Shown piece after piece: positions 50,196 to 62,398 of a stretch of DNA of 64,000 bases. The position numbers and the translations under genes are program-made. Origin of the DNA: Auanema rhodensis (taxonomy: Eukaryota; Animalia; Nematoda); NCBI GenBank assembly GCA_964057225.1, contig OZ059895.1:4526001-4590000 (forward strand), in the 5' to 3' direction. Positions within the stretch are counted from its first letter, which is position 1, and every line of letters begins with the position of its first letter. The notes under the pieces are model-generated. The model had not been told where the DNA came from. It saw only the letters and a list, made by a program, of their open reading frames with translations, and made no database searches.

Positions 50196-50741
50196 AGTTC
50201 CATTGATTAACCCATAAAAGGTACGGTGAACATATTAATTAGCTTTTATATATTTTATTCAAATTTTATAAATTAAAACAAAAACAATATATATTAAAAA
50301 GTTTATTCAAATGTATAAATATTAAAAATACATTTAAAGGGAGATAATTTTAATAATATTTTAAAAATATATAAAATACATTTAAAAAGAAATAATTAAA
50401 TAATAATATTTAAAACATATATTAATAATAAAAATTCATTTAAAAAGAAATAAGTTTAAAAATATTTACAAATACAATTAACAAATATATAAATAATAAA
50501 AATTCATTTAAAATAATACATTAAAAAATAATTAAAAAAAAAAAATCATGCATTTTGATCCATGCGCAGGCTCGAGAGCCTGCCTCGGGAGGAAAAGTAT
50601 ATTTTTGACAGCTGACGCCGAAAATATGATTTTGACAGCTGACGCCCCCAAAAGTATGATTTTAGCAGCTGACGCCCTCAAAAGTATGTTTTTAGCAACT
50701 GTTTGGGGGCGTGGTTAGTAAATTCGGCATGGCTCTCTACT
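50113..50741 (-). repeat. Maverick A right (polB-side) TIR
   Basis: Reverse complement of the left TIR with mismatches; nearly identical to the Maverick B TIR starting at 51624. Confidence 0.9.
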
Positions 50742-51170
50742 GCCGTACTGTTTGCGTGTTCCTGGGGCCCAGGATTCGTTTAGGAGTCTCTTAGTCTCTG
50801 CTGTTACTCCCTCAAAGGAGTTTGTTAAATCTTCCACGCTGCTAATTGGAAATTCGGCGACTGCAGGAGAGGATGTGGGTTTCCTTCCCGGTCGGACAGC
50901 AGGTTCGGGTGTTGGAGCAGCAAGGGAGGCTCCTTGGATCTCTCTTGGAGTAGGGGAAACCACATTTGGCTCTTCCAGAATGGTGCTATCACTATAGCCG
51001 ACCTCTGGGAGCTGGCGAGCTTTCCTAAGGTCTTGTGCAGGAGGTGGAAAGGTGGAAATACGTAAAGTAATCCGTCTGGCAGCTGCTGCCAATTGAACAA
51101 GAGTGCGTTCACTCCTAATGCGGCGCAATCTGGAAAGAAGGAGTAGAAAAGGGCGCATTTGGCGTTCCAA
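50742..51170 (-). pseudogene. DIRS tyrosine recombinase, N-terminal part
   Basis: ...LLNESWAPGTRKQYG rejoins in frame to CALKNWKAYC (from 33835 downward) once Maverick A and one TSD copy are removed. Confidence 0.88.
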
Positions 51171-51623
51171 GTGGACGCGAACAGGTCTATTTTGGGTTCA
51201 CCCCATTTGGAAAATATTGATCTAGTGATCTCCGGATGGAGCGACCAGTCTTCCTTCAAAATTCTGCCGCGGGACAGGCAGTCGGCAGCCGTATTGATTT
51301 TTCCCGCTATATGCGATGCTCTGATTCTGAGCTTACGGGTATCGGCAAATTGCCATAACTCCAGTGCTAATCTAGTGCCCTTCTGGGATTGACTCCCGCC
51401 CCTACGGTTGATGTAGGCAATGGCAGAAGTATTATCTAAGAGTAAGAGAACGTCGTGATTGCGCCAGGTCTTGCCGAACTCTGTTAGACCCTTCGTTGCT
51501 GCAATCAGCTCCAGCCAGTTTATATGGTTGTTAATGCGTTCTGCCTCGGACCAAGATCCTGACAAGGTATTACCTTCCCACGAAGCGCCAAAACCCTCCA
51601 GGGAGGCATCTGAGGTAATGGAG
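50825..51623 (-). pseudogene. DIRS pol ORF C-terminus: RNase H and DNA N6-adenine methyltransferase-like domain (cut from the upstream RT by Maverick B)
   Basis: ITSDASLEGFGA, HINWLELIAA, LLDNTSAIAYINRRGG, HIAGKINTAADCLSR, followed by IDLFASTWN and YVFPPF. Confidence 0.93.
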
Positions 51624-53464
51624 AGTAGAGAGCCATGCCGAATTTACTAACCACGCCCCCAAACAGTTGCTAAAAACATACTTTTGAGGGCGTCAGCTGC
51701 TAAAATCATACTTTTGGGGGCGTCAGCTGTCAAAATCATATTTTCGGCGTCAGCTGTCAAAAATATACTTTTCCTCCCGAGGCAGGCTCTCGAGCCTGCG
51801 CATGGATCAAAATGCATGATTTTTTTTTTAAAATTATTTTTTAATGTATTATTTTAAATGAATTTTTATTATTTATATATTTGTTAATTGTATTTGTAAA
51901 TATTTTTAAACTTATTTCTTTTTAAATGAATTTTTATTATTAATATATGTTTTAAATATTATTATTTAATTATTTCTTTTTAAATGTATTTTATATATTT
52001 TTAAAATATTATTAAAATTATCTCCCTTTAAATGTATTTTTAATATTTATACATTTGAATAAACTTTTTAATATATATTGTTTTTGTTTTAATTTATAAA
52101 ATTTGAATAAAATATATAAAAGCTAATTAATATGTTCACCGTACCTTTTATGGGTTAATCAATGGAACTCATATCGAAGGTTAATTCGATAAGAAGTAAT
52201 AAATATTTAAACTAAATTTAATGAAACACATATCGAAGGTTAATTCGATAAGATATATTTTATATATTTATTTTTTAATTTTATTTGTTTACATTGTTTA
52301 TAGATTGTGTTTATTATAGTTTATAATTATTAATTTAACTTTTAAAAAGTTTGTTGTTTATCTAGGCGAACCATTTTGTTCACCGTACCTATTATGGGTA
52401 AATCAATGGAACACATATCGAAAGTTAATTCGATAAGAACGATATGGAATACAAAAGTTAATGGAACACATATCGAAGGTTAATTCGATAAGAACGATAT
52501 GAAATACAAAAGTTAATGGAACACATATCGAAGGTTAATTCGATAAGATCGTTAAAACAGGTGCACTGACCCACACAAAAACCACATGGCAAACGTTTTG
52601 TTCATAAAAATATGATAAATAGCTGTACACCACATGTACCAAGTTGTCTAATATTTTCAAATTACATGAAAGAATAGTTTAAAGAACCTTTTTTTTTTAA
52701 TTTTATATTAGTATATTCTAATATACTAACTCAATAAAACACATATCGAAGGTTAATTCGATAGGATTCACAAACAATTGTGTTGTTTCCAATGGAACAC
52801 ATATCGAAGATTAATTCGATAAGATCGTTAAAACAGGTGCGCTGACCCACACATGTACCACATGGCAAAAGTTTTGTTCATAAAAATATGATAAATAGCT
52901 GTACAGCACAAGTACCCATAACGCTAACGAATACTTACTATGCCAAGGGGTCATGGGTATATAGTTTTTAGTATCAAAAATGTTAATGGAACACATATCG
53001 AATATCAATTCGATAAGATTGGTGAAACAGATACGTTGACCTACAATGAACCAAATGGCAAAGCACTTGTTCATTAAAGTATAACAAATAGCTGTATAGC
53101 ATATGCATCAAGATTTCTAATATTCTCAAATTACTTGGAAAGAAGAGTATATAGAAAAAGTTTTAGTGTGTATATTACTAATATTCTAATACCCTAACTC
53201 AAAGAACACATATCGATGATTAATTCGATAAGATTGTTGAAACAGTTGCGCTGACCACAACAATACATGCGTATTTATTAACAGCGGATTGGCAACTGCC
53301 ACTGTTGACAGCTGTAATATGATACAATGTTGAGTGTTGGCAACATTGTTACGTGACAATAAAACAACTGACTGTTCTTGCAATGAAGTGTAATATAAAT
53401 GTGTAAAATGAAATATGGATAACTACCTCTCAGAGTTTGCATAATTTTATTCTAACAAGATACA

Positions 53465-56400
53465 ATGGCTGCTAACAGGTTGTGTTTTTTCCTATCTTTT
53501 TTTTTTTAATTAAAATATTTATTTTCAGTTATAAGCGTGTATGTGAAGAGTTGGGGTTCGATTATGAGGAAATTTATCAACTCAGGTAATTTAACAATAT
53601 TTTTAAAATATACATCTTTGTTTTTTTTTTAGTAAGCGCATAAAACTTACCGAGAGTGGTGGTGTTGAGCTGTGTGACCCCGCAATAACCACTTCCAATA
53701 GTGGTCCCTCGTCATCAAGGGTTATTGAAGTTATCACCTTGGATGACAGCGATAATGAGTAAGCTATCATATAATGAAAAAGCATGAAATTTTTTTTTTC
53801 CAGAGAATGGAATCCCGAGATGCCATCAACTAGTGGAGAACAATTAGGAGGCGGTTCATCCTTCAACGATGTTTGTCAAATAAAGGTACGAGCTTTTAAC
53901 CTTTTTTTTTTTTTTTCATGTTACAATTCTTTTCACTCTATATCTTTTATTTGATTACATATCTTGAGCAATTTTGAATTCTGCCATCTATTTTTAAACA
54001 AATCATCATACATTTGGTGGCTTTTTGAAAAATAAAATAAAATCTTATCCCAAATCCATGCCATAATATCATTTATTAAATTTTTATTCATTAAAATACA
54101 CTTAAATTTAAATATTTTGATGCTCAAAAACTGACACATTTAAATATTTTGTATTTTTCAAATCATTTCACTCCATCTCTTTTATTTAATTTCATATTTT
54201 AAACAATTTTAAATTTTTACCACTACTTTATAATTTTTATTTATTAAACTTTTTAATCATTAAATTACACTTAAATTTAAATATTTTGATGCGCAAAAAC
54301 AGAAACATTTAAATATTTTGTTTTTTTTCTAAACCATTTCACTTCATCTATTTTAAACAATTTTATATTTCTACCACTATTTCATAATTTCATTTTTTAA
54401 ATTTTTAATCATTAAAAAAACATTTAAATTTCAATATTGTGATGCTCAAAAACTGAAACATGAAATTGATTTATATTTTCTAAGCCATTTCACTTCATCT
54501 CTTTTATTTAATCACATATCTTGAACAAATTTAAATTTCTATCACTTTTTCATAATTTCGTTTATTAAATTTTTAATCACTAAAAAACATTTAAATTTCA
54601 ATATTGTGATGCTCAAAAACTGAAACATTTAAATATTTTGTATTTTCTAAACCATTTCACTTCATCTCTTTTATTTATATATATTTTAAACAATTTTATA
54701 ATTCTACTATTATTTAATTTTTATTTATTAAATTTTTAAACATTAAAAAAAAAAAATGATGCTCAAAAACTGAAACATTTAAATATTTTGTATTTTTCTA
54801 ATCGTTTTGAAACAAACTAAACATATATTTGAAAACATTTCAATTAAATAAAAAAAAAATAACGACTATAACAAACAAAGAGACATAATAATTTTAAGCA
54901 AAAGATGAAACAATTCATATATATTCTTAAAACTATTTTTATTTAAACTTTTAAAAATAAAAATAAAAAAAGCATGTAAACTGTTATAAATGTTGTTTAT
55001 TATAGTGGTCACACCGGCGCATAAAACGCACCGGTCGTTTTACCAACGTGGTCGTTCGATCGCTCACGTTCCCACACTTGGAAAATGTTGATGAACCAAT
55101 GCATGTTATCATGCCGCGGTTATTCAACGAATTCCTTGATCGTTGTCTTGCTGAAAGCGGTGTGCCTGATAAGCAAAAAGCCTTATTTTGTTTATCAATT
55201 GAGCACCCTTCCTTTGAAAAGGGCTCCATATTTATGGACTTTCGTAGAAGGGAGCATCTGGATGGCGTAGCCATTATGAATGCCATCAGCAAGGTGCAGC
55301 AATCAAAACGAGAGGCTGTGATCAGCCAGGCAATGAATATTGAGATGTATGTGTTTGATGAAAGGCCAGCGCAGCCAAGCCTGATGCCTGGTGAAGGTAG
55401 AGTCGGGTTTTATTTTGACCCCGAACTCAAAATACCTGGAACCATTGCCAACACTGACTCACATTGTCTGGCTAGATCAGCAGTTGTGGGAATGTGGAAA
55501 GCTGACGAGCTGGCCACTGAAGATGGCGATGAGAAGCGAAGGCTGCAAAACCTTCGTCGCAATTACATCTTATTGCCAAATCAGCCACACCATATCAATT
55601 TATTAAATAGGTGTGGTATTTCTGTAGATTTACCAAATTATAATTTAATTCATTTAAACATTATTGCCAGCTGTAATACAAACTATAAGTTTGTAGTATA
55701 TGCTAGACCGCCTGGACAGCGTATGTACACTATCCAGAAAATATTTAATGAAGCGGCTAGCAAATTGGTAACACTAGGTTACCGAAATAATCACTATGAT
55801 TGTATTACAGCTGGTAGTCGTTCGAAAATTTTTGATGGTATTATATGTCAACACTGTAAGTTATCTTACAATACAGTGTTGCATAGATGTAAAGCCAAAT
55901 GTAAAAAATGCCACACCTATAATTGTAATGCGATGGGGAATGTGGTTGAGAGTAGCGTGAGGTGTGATAGTTGTAGAGTTTTGTTTAAAACTCAACAATG
56001 CTTCGATAGGCATTTGCGAAAAGCCTGCCGAAAATTCAAGGTATTTTGTGAAAATTTAAAGTTGTACATAACAAGCTTAAATTCAGACATGTGTGGCGTG
56101 TGATCACTATCACATGGTCCGTGCTGATAGACCGCACAATTGCAATGAAAAATTCTGCAAAAAGTGCGGTCAGACAAAGCCTGAAGAGCACTCTTGTTGT
56201 TGGGTTCCACCTAACGACAAGAAGAAGGCTCAGCTAAAAAAGAAGCAAGAAAAGTTCAAGGTTTGTATTTAACATCTTTACAAGTGTAATGCTTACTTGT
56301 TTAAGATTATATTTTATGACTTTGAAACAGTTGTGTTAAAAAACGGCACAAATGTTCATGAATATGCAGATGAACAATGGCCCAATATGGTTGTGTATAA

Positions 56401-59237
56401 CAAATTTTGTGAAAGTTGTATAGATGCGCCAATTCCTGTGAGAAATGCACAACCAAGGAGGGCCATTTTGGGTACCAACAAGGTGATAGTGAATGGTCTG
56501 TAACAGATCGTTTCCTTGATTGGTTACTCAACTTTTCTGAGAATGATAATGCAATTTTGATTGCGCACAACGGGTCGCGCTTTGACATACATTTCTTGGT
56601 GTCTAGGCTGATAAACCGTGGAATATATCCTGACCCCATTTTAAATGGGACCAAGATTATTAGCATGGTTGTCAAGCCATTAAGAGGTCAAAACATTAAC
56701 CATTTATGTTTTAAAGATAGTTATTTACTAGTGCCTTTACCCTTATCAGCGTTACCCAAGGCATTTGGTGTACCTGATATGAGTAAAGGACAATTCCCAT
56801 ACCTCTTTAACCACCCAATAAATTATGGCAAAGTGCTACCATCCTTGCCACCAAAGCATTACTATTGTACTGCTAGAATGAAAGCAGAAGACCTAGCTTC
56901 ATTCAATATTTGGTATGAGGAGCGTAATCAAAGTGTGTTTGATTTTGATGAGGAGCTTCTGGAATATTGTAGGACAGATGTCCGTATTTTAACCAACTGT
57001 ATGAAAGTGTACATGAAGTTGGCAACCGCCACCACTGGCTGGAATCCTGTCATACAATGTATGACATTTGCCAGTTTCTCTTTATTCCAGGCAAGTTTTT
57101 TAAAATACAAGCATTTTCAAAACTAGTATATTACAGTTGAAAATGAACCACATTAAAGAGAACCAAGTGGGTATTCTGCCTGAGACTGGTTATTATGCCG
57201 GCCAGAAGCAGAGTATAATTGCCATAAAATACATTAAATGGCTAGAACACGGATTAGGCCGCCCATTAATGCATAAGCTTAATGGTGGTGAATTTGTTGT
57301 GCGAGTAGATGGCCAACGCTATCTACTTGATGCTTATGACAGTGTGGCTAATCACGGCTATGAGGTGAGTAATTTGTAATAAATGTAAAAAATGATAAAA
57401 TTTTGTAGTTTAATGGCTGTATTTATCATGGTTGCCCCCAGTGCACCAACAAGACTGCTATTGCACCAGGCAGAAATGGTGAAACAATGGAAGAGGTAAT
57501 TGTGACTTTTTTAATCATTTTAAGCTGAAACATTTAGGTTTATGAAAAAACCATGAAAAGGCTTGAGGCTATTCAAAGCCAGGGCATTAGTGTAACCACT
57601 GTGTGGGAACACGAAATTACTGCTCAAATGTCATCAAATGAGCAAATGGCAAATTTTATGAAGGACACTGAGGTTGTAACTCGATTGGCACCTCGAGATG
57701 CCTTCACCGGCGGCCGAACTCAAACATATAAGCTTCTGGCCCAAGCTTCGGATAGATACTCACTAGAGTATGTGGACTTTTGTTCACTTTATCCATATGT
57801 AACGGCATTTGATGCCTATTACCCTGTGGGTAATCCTAAAGTGATTACTGAGGGCTTTGAGAGTTTTGAGGCATGCTGCCCATACAAGGGCCTTGTGAAA
57901 TGTGACGTGCTTGCACCCACAAATTTGATGTATCCTGTATTAGGAACACGCATAGGCGGTAAATTAATTTTTACAAACTGCCGCACATGTGCAAACAGAG
58001 GCAAAAATGTAACATGCCCGCACCAAGATGATGAAGACGCTCGAAAGCTGCATCTGACTGTAACGCATGTAGAGCTCGAATGTGCCATACAGCGTGGCTA
58101 CAAAGTGCTTCATGTTTATGAGGTTTGGCACTGGGATGAATGGCAGCAAGGCGGCCTATTCAAGGATTTTGTACAAAAGTACATAAAAATTAAGCAAGAG
58201 GCATCGGGCTGGCCTAAGCCAAATATGACAGAGGCTGAAAAGGTATGTGTCATGAAAAGTATGGCATTAAATAGAATTTTACAGCTAAAATATCTCCAAG
58301 AGCACGAGGAGAACACTGGTGTTGCTCTGGATAGCAACAAAATTGAAAAGAATGCGGCCATGCGTAGCATTGCCAAACTACAGCTGAATAGGTATGTAAA
58401 CTTTTAAAAATAAAAATTTACAAATTTGTTTATAGTGTATGGGGTAAAATGGGTCAAAGACCGGATAAAGCCCAAACCAAGATTATTGGTGTTGAGGATC
58501 CTGAAATTGGTAGGATCATAACTGATCCTGCAAGGGAACTCACGGGCTTCAAAATTGTGGACGATGTGGCGTACTGTACAACAGTGCCAGAAGACTCACA
58601 CCTGGCACCAGCGCCGTTTACAAATGTAGCCATAGCGGCTTATACAACCGCTCATGCAAGGCTACTATTGTATAAGGCAATGGAAAAAATTGGAAAGAAC
58701 TTGGTGTATACAGGTAATTTTATACTTTGTATACAATTTAAACGTACATCATTTAGACACCGATTCTCTAATTTATTTAAAATGCCTCGATCAGCCTGAT
58801 CCAATTGAGGATATGAAGGGTGAATGGTTAGGTAAACTAACCTCAGAAATACCCGATGGTTGGTCAATGACCAAATTTGTTTCACCAGCTGCAAAAGTTT
58901 ATAGTTATGAGCTAGTAAATGCAGCTGGTCAGGTCAAGTATATCACCAAGGCAAAGGGAGTGGTAAGTATAAAAATATATTATTGAGAAACTTTTTAAAA
59001 TTACAGACGCTGGACCACACGGCAGCCACCGTGGTAAACTATCAAAGTATGGAGCGATTGGTTCGAGGACTCGTGATGGATGGAGAAAAATTGGTTTTAA
59101 AAACCAAAACAACGTTATTAAAGAGGCAGCTTGGTGCCATATCCACGATGGACATGACAAAGAGTACCAAGGTCGTAATGGATAAACTTTGTTATCTAGA
59201 CGATTTTAGTACTTTACCCTATGGTTATTGTGAATAA
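53465..59237 (+). pseudogene. polB: pPolB copy B, same 14-exon structure, frameshifted
   Basis: 2-bp insertion (gatgcgcc vs gatgcc) at ~56427 in exon 7, just after the ExoI motif, giving a stop at 56503. Confidence 0.85.
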
Positions 59238-59375
59238 TTTTTAATATATTTGAATTTATAAATTTTATTATCGCGTGTATATTTGTATATGGTTGTATTT
59301 ATAGATTTTTATGTATAGTTGTATTAATAAATTTTATTCTTCTCATCAAATGTTTTAAAGAGTTTATTACATACA

Positions 59376-60710
59376 TTACAAACTGGTATCAATATATGGA
59401 GCACGATTGTTGTCAATTGAAAGAATAGAGTCATATTCTGCATAAACAATAGCATATAAACCCTCTTGCGGCGTTTGTTGACCAAATTCCAATTTCAGGG
59501 CCACATTACCTTGTCGTATAACATCAAATAACTCGGACGAGTGTACAGTCGGTGAAATATCAAATACAAAAAATGTGAAGCCGGTTTTATACATTGCTGG
59601 TGTAATACCATTGGATGAATCTGTACGACCAAGACCCAAACCCTCCAACATGTCAATATATGCTGTGGCATAGGAAGAACGCCATTCTAAATTATAAGGG
59701 CGGGTAGGTATTACCCGATTGTTGAGCGTCAAGTATATATTTTTCAATTCAAACGGTTTAAAGTTGAATGGCGAATGTTTAAAAGTACCATTATAGGCGT
59801 GTGCGCCGACAAGACCTACTACAACACGTTTCGGTGTATGCGACGTGAATAATATGTTATTGGGTGAATCCAAACGGCCTCCTTCTATGAAATAAGAGCG
59901 CATTTTCACTGACGTCATGGGGTAGTGTATTCGTTCCTTTACAAGTTTATCTTCTATAGCCATAGCTAATCCAGCGTTTAGATCAAACTCTTGAATAAGC
60001 AAGTGCACATCGTTGATATCTATTTTCAGGTTTGGAAACTCCTCCTTCATTGCAGCATCCTTGCTTTCATTATTCCATCCAAGTGTGTCAATTAAGAAAT
60101 TATCACGGTTTGGATATGCAGTTAGCTCCATTTTTGAATAGTTTACAAACAGTCGTTCCTGATTGAATAAGTCGATACTGATGGGAGCAGCCATCTCACA
60201 CAATATGCCATTTTTAACAAGCCCTTGTCGCGCTCTAAAGCCAGGACTGGCTGCATTATCTATATATCTATCCGCATAATAGCCTGATATGGCAAGTTTG
60301 CTCTCTTTAACATCGTTGCTATACATTAGAATATTCTCAATATATGTTTTGTAGGCATGATTTACGGTAGAGTCATACACGCTAACATCACCAATTTTTA
60401 AATGATACGAGTGTATCAAACTGGCTGCAAATTGTTGGCATGGTGCAAAAACAAGGTTGTCTGGTACTGGATCACCGTTTGTGGTTACAATTTTGAATTT
60501 TACATTCAACCAACACCTTCTCAGATTAAGAAATGATTTGGAATTTTGGGCTATAACAAATTCCCATGGTCCTTGAGGAAGAAAAGTATTTTTTAAAGGA
60601 ACTTGTACAGTACGAGTGGATTCAACACCTAATGCCGACGCCGGTATGTCACTATAATTAATATTAGGTAAAAGTGCTTGTGCTGATTTTGAATCTATCA
60701 ATTTAGCCAT
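59376..60710 (-). CDS. Major capsid protein, copy B
   Basis: Translation identical to copy A. Confidence 0.93.
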   Translation of the reverse strand: MAKLIDSKSAQALLPNINYSDIPASALGVESTRTVQVPLKNTFLPQGPWEFVIAQNSKSFLNLRRCWLNVKFKIVTTNGDPVPDNLVFAPCQQFAASLIHSYHLKIGDVSVYDSTVNHAYKTYIENILMYSNDVKESKLAISGYYADRYIDNAASPGFRARQGLVKNGILCEMAAPISIDLFNQERLFVNYSKMELTAYPNRDNFLIDTLGWNNESKDAAMKEEFPNLKIDINDVHLLIQEFDLNAGLAMAIEDKLVKERIHYPMTSVKMRSYFIEGGRLDSPNNILFTSHTPKRVVVGLVGAHAYNGTFKHSPFNFKPFELKNIYLTLNNRVIPTRPYNLEWRSSYATAYIDMLEGLGLGRTDSSNGITPAMYKTGFTFFVFDISPTVHSSELFDVIRQGNVALKLEFGQQTPQEGLYAIVYAEYDSILSIDNNRAPYIDTSL

Positions 60711-61163
60711 TTAAATACGATACGACCGCTCACGAGTTATGCACAGACGCTTATGAGGTTTTGTGGTTTTGCGTCGTCGCCGCTTGCCCAAACCGGTAAG
60801 ATCTCGTATAGCCTGCCGGCCGGCTGTTTTAAGAGTTTGCTTGATATTATCGCCCTTGAGCACCCCATCAACAATTTCATTGCTAGTTTTTAGCAACTGG
60901 CCGCCAAGAGGTGAGTTTACAACTGGACTATTGCTTACAGCACTGGATAATGCATTCCTTCCAGCATTGATGAGATTTTGGGCTATAGGTGATTGAATAA
61001 TGCGTGGTAAAAACGATGCCAATGTTGCCAGTATACCACCCAGGCCATGACCTCTCTGCATACCACGTTGAAACATCATTCCACTAAATGGCGCCCCACC
61101 CATTTGTTGATTCAAAAGTGTTGTCCATTGAATTGAGTTCAAGTCTAGAAGGAGGTGTGGCAT
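60711..61163 (-). CDS. Virion core or membrane-lytic precursor-like protein, copy B
   Basis: Translation identical to A; synonymous SNPs near 61005 and 61023. Confidence 0.7.
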   Translation of the reverse strand: MPHLLLDLNSIQWTTLLNQQMGGAPFSGMMFQRGMQRGHGLGGILATLASFLPRIIQSPIAQNLINAGRNALSSAVSNSPVVNSPLGGQLLKTSNEIVDGVLKGDNIKQTLKTAGRQAIRDLTGLGKRRRRKTTKPHKRLCITRERSYRI

Positions 61164-61213
61164 ATTGAACCGCACGTGCGCAATACAAAAGTTACACTAG
61201 ATCATTTTACTAA

Positions 61214-61669
61214 ATGTATTCGTCTGAAATAGCGTCACTATTGCGATCTGTCCGCATCACTCGAAAACTATTCCTCGGTGTATTTAGCGCGGATACTCTA
61301 CCCAAAACACGTCGAAAGAACTTTGCACTTGTTGTAAATACTGACACACACGATAAACCGGGCACACATTGGCAAGTCATCTTTGTACGTAATGATCAAG
61401 CCTACTTTTTCTGTAGCTTGGGTTATAAAATGAACAAGTACATTCGTCATTATCTGGCCAAATATAAAAATGTAAAAGTTAATACTTGCAAACCACAACG
61501 CATAATTGAATACACTTGTGGTGGTTATGCAATATTTGTAATACTAATGTTGTCAGCTGGTAATACATTTGAAAGCATTTGTTCATTTTTTAAACTATTA
61601 CAAAACGATGATGTCTTTATTAAAGCGTTTATGCATAAAGTATTCGACTATAAATTATCTAGCATGTGA
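61214..61669 (+). CDS. Adenain-like cysteine protease, copy B
   Basis: 151 aa, three amino-acid differences from A. Confidence 0.92.
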   Translation: MYSSEIASLLRSVRITRKLFLGVFSADTLPKTRRKNFALVVNTDTHDKPGTHWQVIFVRNDQAYFFCSLGYKMNKYIRHYLAKYKNVKVNTCKPQRIIEYTCGGYAIFVILMLSAGNTFESICSFFKLLQNDDVFIKAFMHKVFDYKLSSM

Positions 61670-61716
61670 TCAACCTCGCCATTAAAAACGTCACCTGCTA
61701 CATTAGGTGGTCAGTT

Positions 61717-61887
61717 ATGAATATTCCCTGTCACTGTGAATTATGTATAAGATACACGTTGGAACAATCTGTGCCAACACCCCTGTACAAAAAGATTTTG
61801 AAACGTATTTCAGTGCCATTCATTAAAGGAATATCTCTGGGACTAGGCTTTTGTACAACACTAGTCATTATTCCACTCATTATATAA
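61717..61887 (+). CDS. Small CxCxxC/hydrophobic protein, copy B
   Basis: Same 56-aa ORF as 40482-40652. Confidence 0.5.
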   Translation: MNIPCHCELCIRYTLEQSVPTPLYKKILKRISVPFIKGISLGLGFCTTLVIIPLII

Positions 61888-61928
61888 AAGTGAGTTGACT
61901 GTGTGTGGTTGTTTTTTATTTTCCTCTA

Positions 61929-62393
61929 ATGGAACTTTTATGTAACAAGTATTGTGTTACGTGCAAGGAAATATTTTCATCAGCCAAGCATTTTAGTGAT
62001 CACGTATTAAAAAGACATGACGGGATTCAACCCGTATGTAACAGTTATATCAGCAATGCTGACTTTATTCAAAAATATGGACATTTGGATGGTGTTCGTA
62101 GACGTTTGTGCCCTTATTGTAGTGAAACTTTTGGAACAAGATTCAATTGTCAGCGTCATATTCGGCGTCTTCATAATAGTAATGGAACGAATGGTAAAGA
62201 TGGTGATGGAAATGATACCAGCGAACCCTCTGAAAAAACTGAGGAGTTTGTACAGTCAACCGAACCAAAACGATGCCGCTGCAATAGTAACCGAGAATAT
62301 TCACAACACGAGCCGCGCATCGAACAAAACGGCGCTGAACTACCTTTTAAACCTTCGAAAATCGTAATGTGGTCTTGTATAACTGTTGAATAA
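61929..62393 (+). CDS. Two-finger C2H2 zinc-finger protein, intact in copy B
   Basis: CVTCKEIFSSAKHFSDHVLKRH and CPYCSETFGTRFNCQRHIRRLH. Confidence 0.82.
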   Translation: MELLCNKYCVTCKEIFSSAKHFSDHVLKRHDGIQPVCNSYISNADFIQKYGHLDGVRRRLCPYCSETFGTRFNCQRHIRRLHNSNGTNGKDGDGNDTSEPSEKTEEFVQSTEPKRCRCNSNREYSQHEPRIEQNGAELPFKPSKIVMWSCITVE

Positions 62394-62398
62394 AACAT

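Larger units (their letters stand above)
33842..50741. mobile_element. Maverick/Polinton copy A, full length (16.9 kb)
   Basis: Ends AGTAGAGAGCC...GGCTCTCTACT. 6-bp TSD GCCGTA at 33836-33841 and 50742-50747. Encodes integrase, ATPase, minor and major capsid, adenain-like protease and pPolB. Confidence 0.98.
32491..51623 (-). mobile_element. DIRS1-type tyrosine-recombinase retrotransposon (3' half), interrupted by two Mavericks
   Basis: RNase H plus MTase-like ORF overlapping a YR ORF, a 3' terminus with an internal complementary region, and an abrupt junction with the satellite at gcttaaaaa|ttattc. Confidence 0.93.

Noticed and set aside
50742-51623. Palindrome as a fold-back assembly artefact or one element with giant TIRs
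   Set aside because: A has its own TSD, the spacer is unique DIRS sequence cut at two different sites, and the arms carry distinct SNPs and deletions.
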